In this document: in pieces, positions 1 to 9,513 of the stretch
Numbering within the stretch: position 1 is the first letter of the stretch
Layout: each line of letters opens with the position of its first letter
DNA from: Planctomycetales bacterium
Lineage (GTDB): Bacteria; 4484-113
Length of the DNA: 64,000 nucleotides
Assembly (NCBI GenBank): GCA_037441675.1
Contig: JBBIRS010000001.1
Span: forward strand, 128,001-192,000
Reading direction: 5' to 3'
The notes under the pieces: model-generated
The model's input: the letters and a program-made list of their open reading frames with translations, nothing else
What the model was told of the DNA's origin: nothing
Database searches by the model: none
Position numbers and translations under genes: made by a program

Positions 1-113
1 ACCTCTCCTTCGTTGGCGTGCTTTTACCACTATCCTTTGCCATGCAATTAGTTTAACATATGCTAAGTGTTTTGCGGTTTGCTCAAACGCAACTCACCGT
101 GTTTGACTTAGAC

Positions 114-623
114 CTACCCCATTACCTCAACTCTGCTAGTACTTTCTCTTTCCTCTACCTTTGGCTTATAAAGCTCCACCACCGATCTATCCTTTATGGT
201 GATTCCGTTTAAGTGGTCTATCTCATGCTGGACAATCCTTGCGGAAAGCCCGTCAAGGACGGCTACATTCTCTTTAAGGGAAGTATCACAGTATTTCACT
301 TTAATCTTAGTCGCACGTGGTATAAGTCCAACTAATCCTCTGAAGGATAGGCATCCTTCCTCTCCCAACTCCTCTCCTTCTGAAGCAACAATTGTAGGAT
401 TGATGTAAACCTCTAGTTGTTCACGTTCAAGATTGAAGGCAAGCATAACCCTGTACGGAGCTCCAATCTGCGGAGCTGCCAATCCGACACCCTTTTCAGC
501 TTCAACGGTATCTTTCATATCCTGAATCAAAGCTGGCAGGTCAATTAATTCCTTCTTTCCAACCCTCTTGACTGGCTTCATAAGAATTTTGGCTGGGTAC
601 TGGATAACGTTTCTAACTGCCAT
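114..623 (-). CDS. def: Peptide deformylase
   Basis: All three PDF motifs: GVGLAAPQIG, EGCLS, QHEIDHLNG. Confidence 0.97.
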   Translation of the reverse strand: MAVRNVIQYPAKILMKPVKRVGKKELIDLPALIQDMKDTVEAEKGVGLAAPQIGAPYRVMLAFNLEREQLEVYINPTIVASEGEELGEEGCLSFRGLVGLIPRATKIKVKYCDTSLKENVAVLDGLSARIVQHEIDHLNGITIKDRSVVELYKPKVEERESTSRVEVMG

Positions 624-700
624 TTTGGTATCCTAAAAAGGTTATCCCAGTATAATACCTTTAGAATTGGTTATATTTTCCAATTTATTACTATAACCTC

Positions 701-729
701 TTGCAAACGTATTTATGCAAAATTAAGAT
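701..729 (+). promoter_or_regulatory. Putative sigma70 promoter for the amidohydrolase-dnaE genes
   Basis: TTGCAA (701-706), 17 nt spacer, TAAGAT (724-729), upstream of the ATG at 777. Confidence 0.45.
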
Positions 730-776
730 AAGCTTATTTAAGAGCAAATTTTTATTATAAGGGAGTGCAGTGAGAA

Positions 777-1970
777 ATGGTTTCAAATTCTTCATTGATA
801 AGTGGAATCTCTGTGGAAGTCAGGAAGATTTATGATGATGTGGTCAAATATCGTCGTTACTTTCATAAAAACCCCGAGCTATCGCTCAAAGAATTCGAAA
901 CAGCAAGTTTCATAGAGAAAGAACTCAAACGGATGGGATATTCTCCAAAGAGACTTATTGGGACTGATGTTGTAGCGGTTTTAGATTCTAGGAAAAGCGG
1001 GCCGACAATTATGCTTCGGGCGGATATGGATGCGCTTCCAGTAGTTGAAGAAAATTCACACAGTTTTGTAAGTTGCTCCAGAGGTGTAATGCACGCCTGT
1101 GGACATGACGCTCATATGGCAATGCTTCTTGGGCTTGCCTCATACTTTAGGAAAAATGGGATTCCCCGCGGTAAGATTAAGTTCTGTTTTCAACCAGGGG
1201 AGGAGGGAGCTGATGGTGCAGGAAAGATGGTTGAGGCGGGGGTGCTCAATTCTCCAAAGGTTAATTTCGCATTCGGAATGCATGTCTGGTCTCCTTTACC
1301 AGTTGGTGAAGTAGCTGTTCTATCCGGTCCCTGTATGGCAGCAGTAGATGAGTTCGAAGTGACAGTTCTCGGAAGCGGAGGTCATGCCGCATATCCACAG
1401 ACTGCAGTTGACCCCGTCTTCGTCAGTTCAATGATCATTCAATCACTTCAAGGTATAGTTTCTAGAAATGTAAACCCACTCCAGCCAGCTGTCTTAACCG
1501 TTAGCTCCATTCAAGCAGGTAATGCCTTTAATGTGATACCTAGTCAAGCAGTTCTAAAAGGCACTGTTAGAACCTTTCAGAAAGAAACCCGGAAACTTAT
1601 TAAGAGAAGGTTCAAGGAGATTGTAGAAGGGGTAGCAAAGGCTCACAACTGCACAGCCAAAATCTCATATTTTGACAAGGTGCCGGCAACCATTAATCAT
1701 CCAGAAATGTCCGATTTTGTTAGGAAAATTGCGGCTAAACTATTTGGTTCTAAAAATCTTAGGGATGTTGAGCCGACTATGGGTGGGGAGGATTTTTCCC
1801 GTTATGCTGAAAAAGTTCCAGCTGTTTTCGCCTGGATAGGAGCAGGAAATGAAAAGTTGGGTGCAAAGTATCCTCATCACCACCCCAAATTTAACATTGA
1901 TGAAATTTCGATGCTTATCGGTATGGAACTTGGCAAAGAAGTTGCTTTGACTTATCTTGAGACTCATTGA
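777..1970 (+). CDS. M20D family amidohydrolase (Acy1-like)
   Basis: Motifs HKNPELS, LRADMDALP, MHACGHDAH, FQPGEEG, GGEDFS, HHHPKF. Confidence 0.93.
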   Translation: MVSNSSLISGISVEVRKIYDDVVKYRRYFHKNPELSLKEFETASFIEKELKRMGYSPKRLIGTDVVAVLDSRKSGPTIMLRADMDALPVVEENSHSFVSCSRGVMHACGHDAHMAMLLGLASYFRKNGIPRGKIKFCFQPGEEGADGAGKMVEAGVLNSPKVNFAFGMHVWSPLPVGEVAVLSGPCMAAVDEFEVTVLGSGGHAAYPQTAVDPVFVSSMIIQSLQGIVSRNVNPLQPAVLTVSSIQAGNAFNVIPSQAVLKGTVRTFQKETRKLIKRRFKEIVEGVAKAHNCTAKISYFDKVPATINHPEMSDFVRKIAAKLFGSKNLRDVEPTMGGEDFSRYAEKVPAVFAWIGAGNEKLGAKYPHHHPKFNIDEISMLIGMELGKEVALTYLETH

Positions 1971-1988
1971 GGAGTTACCTTTTCAGGT

Positions 1989-4900
1989 ATGGATGGATTC
2001 GTTCATCTTCATAATCACTCGGAGTATTCGCTACTTGATGGGATAGCGACATTTGATTCAATAGTCAAAAGACTACGCGATACTGGGATGGACGCGTTTG
2101 CCCTTACTGATCATGGAGCACTTTACAGCGCAGTAGGTTTTTTCACTCGGCTTAAGTCTGAAGGTCTTCATCCAATATTAGGTTGTGAGGTTTATGTCGC
2201 CCCAAGGCGATGTAACGATAAGGTAAATGATGTTGATAAATTAAACAGACACTTAATTCTTCTCGCTGAAAATTCAACTGGCTACAAGAATTTGATGAAG
2301 CTTGTGTCTCTCGCTTGGACCATCGGATATTACTACCGCCCAAGGATTGACTTTGATATTTTGAAGGAACATAAGGAAGGTTTAATAGCGCTCTCTGCTT
2401 GTCTTCAAGGTATTGCTTCTGCGCCTTTTAGATATGAAGGTGAAGAGATAGCGTTAGGTGAGATAATTCGCTATGCAAATCTATTTGGGGAGAACCACTT
2501 CTACTTGGAACTACAGAATCACAATCTTCCTGAGGAAGCACAGGTTCGCCAATTTCTAATTGATTCTGCACAGAGGTTAGGTTTACCACTAGTCGCTACG
2601 AATGACTGCCATTACTCACTTCCCGAGGATGCCGGAGCACATGACATTGCCCTTTGCCTTCAAACAAGGGCAAGCTTGGATGACCCAAATAGACTGAAAT
2701 TTGCAACAAATGAATACTTCATCAAAACACCTTCAGATATGCGAGCTTTGTTCAAGGATGTCCCAAGCGCTTGCGATAATACTCTTGAAATTGCCAAAAG
2801 ATGTGAGGTGGAGATAACTGACAATAAGATTCATTTTCCCTTCTTTGAGCTTCCGAAAGATAAGGCGGGCTTGAGCCATTTTGAATTTCTTAGAGAAAAG
2901 TGCTTTGAAGGAGCGAAAAGCAGGTACGGTGAGGAACTACCAAAGCCAGTAATTGATAGGTTGGAGGAAGAGCTTTCGGTGATTGAGTCTACAGGATTTT
3001 CAACTCTTTTTCTGATAGTATGGGACCTTCTGCGATACGCTAGGGAAAGGGGAATTCCGGTGGGTCCGGGTAGGGGCTCCGCCGCCGGTAGTCTTGTTGC
3101 CTATTGCCTCTTTATCACGAATCTTGACCCTCTAAAGCACGGTCTATTCTTTGAGCGTTTCCTCAATAAAGAGCGTGTTGAGTTGCCCGATTTTGATTTG
3201 GACTTCTGCTTTGAACGGCGTGACGAAATGATTGAATATGTTAGGCAGAAGTATGGAGAAGATTGCGTAGCTCAAATAATTACTTTCTCTACGCTCAAGG
3301 CAAGGGCTGTGATAAAAGCGGTTGGTAGAGTGAAAAACCTTGAGTTCGCTTATGTGGATAGGCTTACAAAGAAGATAAGTGGATTAAATGTCCGCATTTC
3401 GGAAGCTCTAAATTCAAACGCGGAGCTTGCAAACATTGTAGCGAGGGATCCCACTGCCAGGCAATTATTTCTTGACGCATCTAAACTAGAAGGGCTCGTC
3501 TCACACGTAAGTGTCCACGCAGCAGGCGTTGTTATTAGTGATGTTGATCTTACTGAATATGTTCCTTTAAGAAGTGTTAAAGATAGCCCAATGCTAGTTA
3601 CCCAGTACGATATGGATGCCATAGCTAAGGTTGGTCTTCTTAAGTTTGACTTTCTAGGGCTAAAAACTCTAACAGTTATAGATAAATGTCTCAAATACGT
3701 AAGAGATATTGAAGGGATAACTATTGAGTTAAATTCCATACCCTTAGATGATCAGGCGGTTTTTGAGAATATCTACACAAAGGGTAATACTTTCGGCGTA
3801 TTTCAGTTTGAAGCTCCGCATATAGTTAGGATAATGCGAGAGACGCGCCCAAGGTCAATTGAAGACCTAACCGCCTTAAATGCGCTCAACCGACCAGGCC
3901 CTATGGACAGCGGAATGGTTGAGCTATACGTTAGTAATTCCAAGGGTACTCAAAAACGCAAAGATACCCTTCCGCAATTGCAATCGATCCTTTCACCAAC
4001 TGGCGGTGTTCTCTTATACCAGGAACAGGTTATGCAAATTGCAAGAGAGTTAGCGGGATACACTCTCGGTGAGGCTGATTTGCTAAGAAAGGCAATGGGC
4101 AAGAAGATACCTTCTCTGATGCAGAAGCAGAGGGATGAATTCTGTCGGCGAGCTGTTGAAAGAGGTATCAAGAAGAAGAAAGCCGAAGAAATCTGGGAGA
4201 TGATGGAGAAATTTGCACGCTACGGTTTCAACAAAGCTCATTCCGCCTGCTACGCCTATCTCTCCTATCGGTCCGCATATTTGAAGTTCTACTATCCGCA
4301 ATATTTCCTTGCAGCTTTTCTAAACTGTTATATGTCTGATCCAGACAAAGTGGCAGGTGCTCTGAATGAATGCAACTCCCTCTCAGTTGGAATAATCTCC
4401 CCCTCGGTGAACTTATCTGAATATGATTTCGTTCCCACAAAAGACAGAAAGATTATTTTTGGATTAGGTGGAATTAAGCATTTGGGACATTCCGCAGTTG
4501 AGGAGATTGTAGCTGAACGAAAGAATGGCAAGTTCAAGTCAATTGAAGATTTTGTAGCTAGAGTTAATAGCACTGCGGTTAATCGAACTTCTCTTGAATT
4601 TCTTATTAAGGCAGGAGCCTTCGAAGAGTTCAATGTGGATAGAAAGACCCTGTTAAAGAACCTAGACTGGTATCTGTCACGGAAACACCACTCAACCCAG
4701 ATAGGGATATTTGTTGAGGAACCGCCTATTTCTACAGTTGCCAGCACGCCTATTCCTGTTGAGATAGCCAAGTTTGAGCGTGAAAGTATCGGGATCTACC
4801 TAACCCATAATCCTTTTGAGAATGCTCATGTTCTGCGAGATAGCAGAATCCAACAGATACCTTACCTCTATAATCTCCTAGAACAAAAGAGAGGTGCTTT

Positions 4901-5501
4901 AAGTGGTGATAGGCTAACAATTGGTGGAGTTTTAGATGAGGTTGAAGTAAGAGTTTCTAAGAAAAAACAAAGATACGCAACTGGCAAGCTCTGCTCAATG
5001 AGTCACTCTGTAAATTTTATTTTGGGTCCAACTGTTCTTGCTAGATGTGAAAACTTATTGAGAAATGGGAACGAAGTTGTAATGACTGGAAGGGTTAGCT
5101 TGGATGAAGCTGGTGAAGAGAGCATTGAAGAGTTATCCCAATCACTGAAACTTTTCGTTGATAGGCTTGAGCTGTATATCCCATTCAATCAAGGCGCCAC
5201 TAATGCAACCTTACAGGCGACTCCTTCAGGCACAAATGACAAGCGGCTTATATCTCAGGCTATAGAAGAAGCAATTTTCATAATTCCACCAGGGCAATCT
5301 ACGGAAGTCTTAAGAAAGTTACGTGAAAGCTTACAAAAAGCTCCGGGGAATACTCCTGTTTCTATCCTAGTTAAGTTGCGAGGTGAAAAGCCCTTCAAAC
5401 TCTATCTAGGAAGAGAATTCAACTCCGCAAGTGAAGCTCTATCTGGAATAAGTGCGAACTTAGGGCTAAAACTTCATCTGATTTATTCACATACCCATTA
5501 G
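1989..5501 (+). CDS. dnaE: DNA polymerase III alpha subunit
   Basis: PHP domain HLHNHSEYSLLDG, GPGRGSAAGS, catalytic PDFDLDF, YGFNKAHS; 1170 aa with no visible intein. Confidence 0.98.
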   Translation: MDGFVHLHNHSEYSLLDGIATFDSIVKRLRDTGMDAFALTDHGALYSAVGFFTRLKSEGLHPILGCEVYVAPRRCNDKVNDVDKLNRHLILLAENSTGYKNLMKLVSLAWTIGYYYRPRIDFDILKEHKEGLIALSACLQGIASAPFRYEGEEIALGEIIRYANLFGENHFYLELQNHNLPEEAQVRQFLIDSAQRLGLPLVATNDCHYSLPEDAGAHDIALCLQTRASLDDPNRLKFATNEYFIKTPSDMRALFKDVPSACDNTLEIAKRCEVEITDNKIHFPFFELPKDKAGLSHFEFLREKCFEGAKSRYGEELPKPVIDRLEEELSVIESTGFSTLFLIVWDLLRYARERGIPVGPGRGSAAGSLVAYCLFITNLDPLKHGLFFERFLNKERVELPDFDLDFCFERRDEMIEYVRQKYGEDCVAQIITFSTLKARAVIKAVGRVKNLEFAYVDRLTKKISGLNVRISEALNSNAELANIVARDPTARQLFLDASKLEGLVSHVSVHAAGVVISDVDLTEYVPLRSVKDSPMLVTQYDMDAIAKVGLLKFDFLGLKTLTVIDKCLKYVRDIEGITIELNSIPLDDQAVFENIYTKGNTFGVFQFEAPHIVRIMRETRPRSIEDLTALNALNRPGPMDSGMVELYVSNSKGTQKRKDTLPQLQSILSPTGGVLLYQEQVMQIARELAGYTLGEADLLRKAMGKKIPSLMQKQRDEFCRRAVERGIKKKKAEEIWEMMEKFARYGFNKAHSACYAYLSYRSAYLKFYYPQYFLAAFLNCYMSDPDKVAGALNECNSLSVGIISPSVNLSEYDFVPTKDRKIIFGLGGIKHLGHSAVEEIVAERKNGKFKSIEDFVARVNSTAVNRTSLEFLIKAGAFEEFNVDRKTLLKNLDWYLSRKHHSTQIGIFVEEPPISTVASTPIPVEIAKFERESIGIYLTHNPFENAHVLRDSRIQQIPYLYNLLEQKRGALSGDRLTIGGVLDEVEVRVSKKKQRYATGKLCSMSHSVNFILGPTVLARCENLLRNGNEVVMTGRVSLDEAGEESIEELSQSLKLFVDRLELYIPFNQGATNATLQATPSGTNDKRLISQAIEEAIFIIPPGQSTEVLRKLRESLQKAPGNTPVSILVKLRGEKPFKLYLGREFNSASEALSGISANLGLKLHLIYSHTH

Positions 5502-5614
5502 GTGGAATGCATTCATAGGTAGAGGTAAACCTTTAAGTAAGGTTCAACATCTGAACTGCCACACAAGGAATTGGTCGGATGACAATCCTATCAACGGCTA
5601 TTTAGGATAAATTC

Positions 5615-5623
5615 TGCTATAAT
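5615..5623 (+). promoter_or_regulatory. Extended -10 promoter element for gyrA
   Basis: TGCTATAAT, 36 nt upstream of the gyrA ATG. Confidence 0.55.
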
Positions 5624-5659
5624 GGTTAATAACTTATCACTGCCACTTAGGTCACCAAT

Positions 5660-8146
5660 ATGACCCGCACAGACCGTATAGAATTTGACGAAAAAATCCG
5701 ACCTCGTGAAATTGTTGAGGAGCTTGAAGAAAGCTACTTAGATTACGCGATGAGCGTAATAATAGGTAGAGCCATTCCTTCGGTTAAGGATGGCTTGAAA
5801 GTCATCCATCGTCGCATTATTTACAGTATGTTTGACGCGGGGTACACCTCAAATAAGCCCACAAACAAGAGCGCAAAAATCGTAGGGGAGGTTATGGGTA
5901 AGTTCCACCCACACGGTGATGCTGCAATTTACGACGCTCTGGTGAGGCTAGCTCAGCCTTGGAGTATTCGCTACCCGCTGATTGAAGGGCAGGGGAACTT
6001 TGGCTCCATTGATGGTGATGAACCTGCTGCAATGAGATATACGGAAGTTAGGCTTTCTCCCCTCGCGGAGTATTTAATGCGGGACATTCGTAAGCGAACG
6101 GTGGACTTTGTCCCAACCTTTGATGGTAAAGAACTAGAACCAGTTGTATTACCCGCCCTTTTGCCAATTCTCCTTATGAATGGAACAGAGGGTATCGCAG
6201 TTGGTATGGCTACCCGTATACCTCCGCATAACTTAAATGAACTAGTTAACGCATGTAAAGTGTTAATACAAAATCCCAAGGCAACCAATGAAGAGCTATT
6301 ACGTCACGTAACCGGTCCGGACTTTCCAACTGGTGGTTTGATACTTGGCACCGATGGAATAACTAAAGCTTACACCGAAGGTAGAGGCACTATAACTATA
6401 AGGGGTCGGGCAAGTGTAGAGCAGGATAAGAGGGAACGCTTTAGGATAGTTATCACCGAAGTGCCGTATCAGATAAACAAGTCAGCGCTCGTGGAGAAGA
6501 TTGCGGAACTTGCCTCCCAAAGCAAGGGTGCTCTTTCGGGAATCTCAGATATTCGTGACGAATCTGATAGAACTGGCATACGGGTTGTTCTAGAGTTAAA
6601 AAGGGATGCAAATCCCCAGGTCATCCTAAACAACCTTTACAAATATACCCCTCTTCAAACAACCTACGGCATTATTCAACTGGCTCTGGTAGATGGAGTA
6701 CCCAAGGCTCTATCCCTAAAGGACATTCTTGAGCTCAATATTAATCACGGTAGGATAGTCTTAACTAAGAGAATAGAGTTTGAACTAGAGCAAGCGGAGA
6801 AGAGGGCGCATGTGCTTGAGGGCTTTAAGATTGTCCTTGATAATCTTGATGTAGTAATTAAGATTATTAGGTCAAGCGCAGATCATAAAGAAGCCTCAAA
6901 CCTTCTAATTGCGAGGTTCAAGTTTACCGAGGAGCAAGTAAAGGCTATCTTGGATATGAGGCTTAGCCAGCTGACGAATCTTGAACGCAAGAAAGTTCTT
7001 GATGAGCTAGCAGAGCTGAAAAAATCAATAAAAGAGTTCAAGTCAATCTTATCCACCCCCAAGAAAATTGATGAAATTCTCATAGAGGAGCTAGAAGAAT
7101 CAGTTAAGAGGTTTGGTGATGAAAGACGGACAACTATTGTTCAGACCGACGAGAAAGGTGAGTTCAAGGAAGAAGATCTGGTGAGAAGTGAATCGGTTGT
7201 GGTAACTATAAGCAGAAACAGCTACATTAAACGAGTGCCTTTATCAAGTTTTAGAGTTCAGGCAAGGGGAGGACGTGGGCTAATTGGAGCCGGCTTAAAG
7301 TCTGACGATGCGGTTAGCGGTCTCGTTTTGACTAACACTTTGGATACTATACTTTGCTTCACCAACAGAGGGAACGTTTACTCATTGAAAGTTTACAAAA
7401 TTCCAGCTTTTGATAGAACCGCAAAGGGTACTCCGATTGTGAATTGTATTGGGCTGGGAAATCCTGAAGAAAGAGTAACCGCAATCGCATCATTGAAAGA
7501 GTTCTCCGAGCCTTATCTTTTTATGTGCACTAGGAAGGGGCGAGTAAAGAAATGCGCGCTTTCTGAATTCACGAACCTTAGGATAACAGGCAAGCGCTCC
7601 ATTACCCTAGAAGGCACTGACACTTTGGAGTTTGTTATTCCTACTAGTGGCAAGGACACGCTTATTATCAGCACTCGAAAAGGCTTTTCAGTTTGTTTCA
7701 ATGAGGGTGAAGTAAAACCAGTGGGGACATCCGCCCAGGGCGTTATTGGGATTAGGCTTCAAGGAGAGGACGATGAAGTTGTCGGACTTGGCAGAATAAA
7801 ACCTTCCAGCGAGCTTCTCGTCGTAAGTGAACTTGGATATGGCAAGAGAACCCCACTCTCAGAATTCCGAATAACTCATCGGGCTACCAAGGGAATTATA
7901 AGTATGAAAGTGCGTGAAAAAACGGGGGATGTTATTTCCGCGAGGGTGGTTAGCGAGAATGATGAGGTGATTCTGATTTCAGTTGACGGAATGGTTATCA
8001 GGACTGAAGTTAGACAGATTTCCCAACAGGGGCGTAGCACTATGGGCGTTAAGGTTATGAATTTAAGGGAAGGAGACAAGGTTTCCGCAGTAGAAGTGGT
8101 TCCCTCAGATTTTGGTGGAGAGTCGCTTTTTGAGCCTAATAGTTGA
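5660..8146 (+). CDS. gyrA: DNA gyrase subunit A
   Basis: SYLDYAMSVI, FHPHGD, catalytic AAMRYTE, GyrA-box QARGGRG and C-terminal pinwheel repeats. Confidence 0.97.
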   Translation: MTRTDRIEFDEKIRPREIVEELEESYLDYAMSVIIGRAIPSVKDGLKVIHRRIIYSMFDAGYTSNKPTNKSAKIVGEVMGKFHPHGDAAIYDALVRLAQPWSIRYPLIEGQGNFGSIDGDEPAAMRYTEVRLSPLAEYLMRDIRKRTVDFVPTFDGKELEPVVLPALLPILLMNGTEGIAVGMATRIPPHNLNELVNACKVLIQNPKATNEELLRHVTGPDFPTGGLILGTDGITKAYTEGRGTITIRGRASVEQDKRERFRIVITEVPYQINKSALVEKIAELASQSKGALSGISDIRDESDRTGIRVVLELKRDANPQVILNNLYKYTPLQTTYGIIQLALVDGVPKALSLKDILELNINHGRIVLTKRIEFELEQAEKRAHVLEGFKIVLDNLDVVIKIIRSSADHKEASNLLIARFKFTEEQVKAILDMRLSQLTNLERKKVLDELAELKKSIKEFKSILSTPKKIDEILIEELEESVKRFGDERRTTIVQTDEKGEFKEEDLVRSESVVVTISRNSYIKRVPLSSFRVQARGGRGLIGAGLKSDDAVSGLVLTNTLDTILCFTNRGNVYSLKVYKIPAFDRTAKGTPIVNCIGLGNPEERVTAIASLKEFSEPYLFMCTRKGRVKKCALSEFTNLRITGKRSITLEGTDTLEFVIPTSGKDTLIISTRKGFSVCFNEGEVKPVGTSAQGVIGIRLQGEDDEVVGLGRIKPSSELLVVSELGYGKRTPLSEFRITHRATKGIISMKVREKTGDVISARVVSENDEVILISVDGMVIRTEVRQISQQGRSTMGVKVMNLREGDKVSAVEVVPSDFGGESLFEPNS

Positions 8147-8274
8147 TTGTGTAAAGTTTCATTGGTTACAGGGGCGATGGTTCCTTAGTATTAAGATTAA
8201 AGTTATGTAATTAGACTTTTAAGACATTACAAATTACGTTTTCATTATTCAAATAGCGTTTCTAACTTTTGATT

Positions 8275-8715
8275 ATGAGGATACTGGTGTTAAACGGTCC
8301 GAATCTGGACTTACTTGGAGAACGGGAAGCTGAGATATACGGCTCAACTAACCTAAAGTCCATTGAAGGTTCGCTCTTTAGCTGGCTTGAGAATAATCAT
8401 CCTGAGGTAGGGCTAGATTTCCTCCAAACAAACAGTGAGAGTGTCTTAATTGACAAACTGAACTCATCCCATAATGCCTATAATGGCTTAATTATCAATC
8501 CAGGTGCGTTAGCTCATTATTCAGTAGCCCTTAGGGACAGCCTTAAAGCTTTTCCTGCGCCTAAGGTAGAAGTGCACATTTCCAACCCCATTGCCCGTGA
8601 GAATTTCAGGCAGACAATGTTGACCGCTGGAGCGGTGAATGCGGTTATTCTTGGGATGGGTGCATATGGTTACCTCCTAGCCCTTCAATATCTTCTAAAA
8701 ACATACCAACATTGA
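8275..8715 (+). CDS. aroQ: Type II 3-dehydroquinate dehydratase
   Basis: LNGPNLDLLGERE.EIYG, IINPGA, VEVHISN; ATG at 8275 preferred over TTG at 8269. Confidence 0.93.
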   Translation: MRILVLNGPNLDLLGEREAEIYGSTNLKSIEGSLFSWLENNHPEVGLDFLQTNSESVLIDKLNSSHNAYNGLIINPGALAHYSVALRDSLKAFPAPKVEVHISNPIARENFRQTMLTAGAVNAVILGMGAYGYLLALQYLLKTYQH

Positions 8716-8876
8716 TGTTTTGGCAAGTTAACTCACATTCTGCTTACATCTGCAAACTTTGCCAGGAAGCTACCACAAATTGCCCACGTACCCCTTGGGA
8801 AGACCTCAATGTTCAATTGAGCATTCTATTTGGAATTTGCGTATTTTTTAGCTCGCAAAGGCGCATTCAGCTGGAC

Positions 8877-8907
8877 TTGACAGAATACCCGCTTAGTGGT
8901 ATATAAT
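8877..8907 (+). promoter_or_regulatory. Putative sigma70 promoter
   Basis: TTGACA at 8877-8882 followed by TATATAAT at 8900-8907, ahead of the ATG at 8920. Confidence 0.55.
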
Positions 8908-8919
8908 TTACTTAACAGG

Positions 8920-9309
8920 ATGAGGGTAGCGATTGACCCAGGTACTTATAAGTGCGGATGGGCTATAAGTGTACCGGGCGCCAGTCGGTTCCTAAAGGGA
9001 ACAGTGGACCTTGAAATGCTGAAGGATTGTTTGTCGTTGATTAAACGTAACTTTTCCGTAGAACTTGTCCTTGTTGGCTCTGGAACAAACTCTAAGAACG
9101 TATATAGCACCATTGTGGAGGTTTTTGGAAGTAAAAAATCGTTGCTGGTGTCTGAAACAGGTTCCACCGACGAGGCTAAGCGTTTATACCTTCAAGATTG
9201 TGGGGGAAGTTCGCTTTTAAAGCTTATTAGGTTACTATTTCTATTGTTTTTTAATCCCCCGCTGGATGGTTATGCCGCTGTAAGCTTACTTAAACGGCAT
9301 ACACCCTAA
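8920..9309 (+). CDS. YqgF/RuvX-like RNase H-fold protein
   Basis: MRVAIDPGTYKCGWA, LVGSGT, VSETGSTDEAKRLY and D.YAA match the YqgF-like resolvase pattern; start taken at ATG 8920. Confidence 0.75.
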   Translation: MRVAIDPGTYKCGWAISVPGASRFLKGTVDLEMLKDCLSLIKRNFSVELVLVGSGTNSKNVYSTIVEVFGSKKSLLVSETGSTDEAKRLYLQDCGGSSLLKLIRLLFLLFFNPPLDGYAAVSLLKRHTP

Positions 9310-9513
9310 ATTTGGTTACTATACCGTTGTTCGCCTTGTAAAAGGAGGTGAGAAAACTTGGTCAAGGCGATGCAACGAGGTAAAAATTTATTTTTATTGG
9401 CAGGCTCTGAAAATCTGGGTTATCTAATGGCAAAGGTAACTAGGCAACTTTGCTATAAGAGTTTCCAGAGGTAAGGAGCTGAGCCAAAATCTAGTATCAC
9501 CAAGGAGTAACTT

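Noticed and set aside
1..43. Possible start of a minus-strand gene (MAKDSGKSTPTKER...)
   Set aside because: Only 14 codons are in the window, too few to support a call.
1989..8146. Inteins in DnaE or GyrA
   Set aside because: Lengths are normal and no intein or homing endonuclease motifs are visible.
8712..8906. 64 aa ORF or ncRNA between aroQ and the YqgF-like gene
   Set aside because: No recognisable motif or SD, only weak pairing, and it overlaps a promoter.
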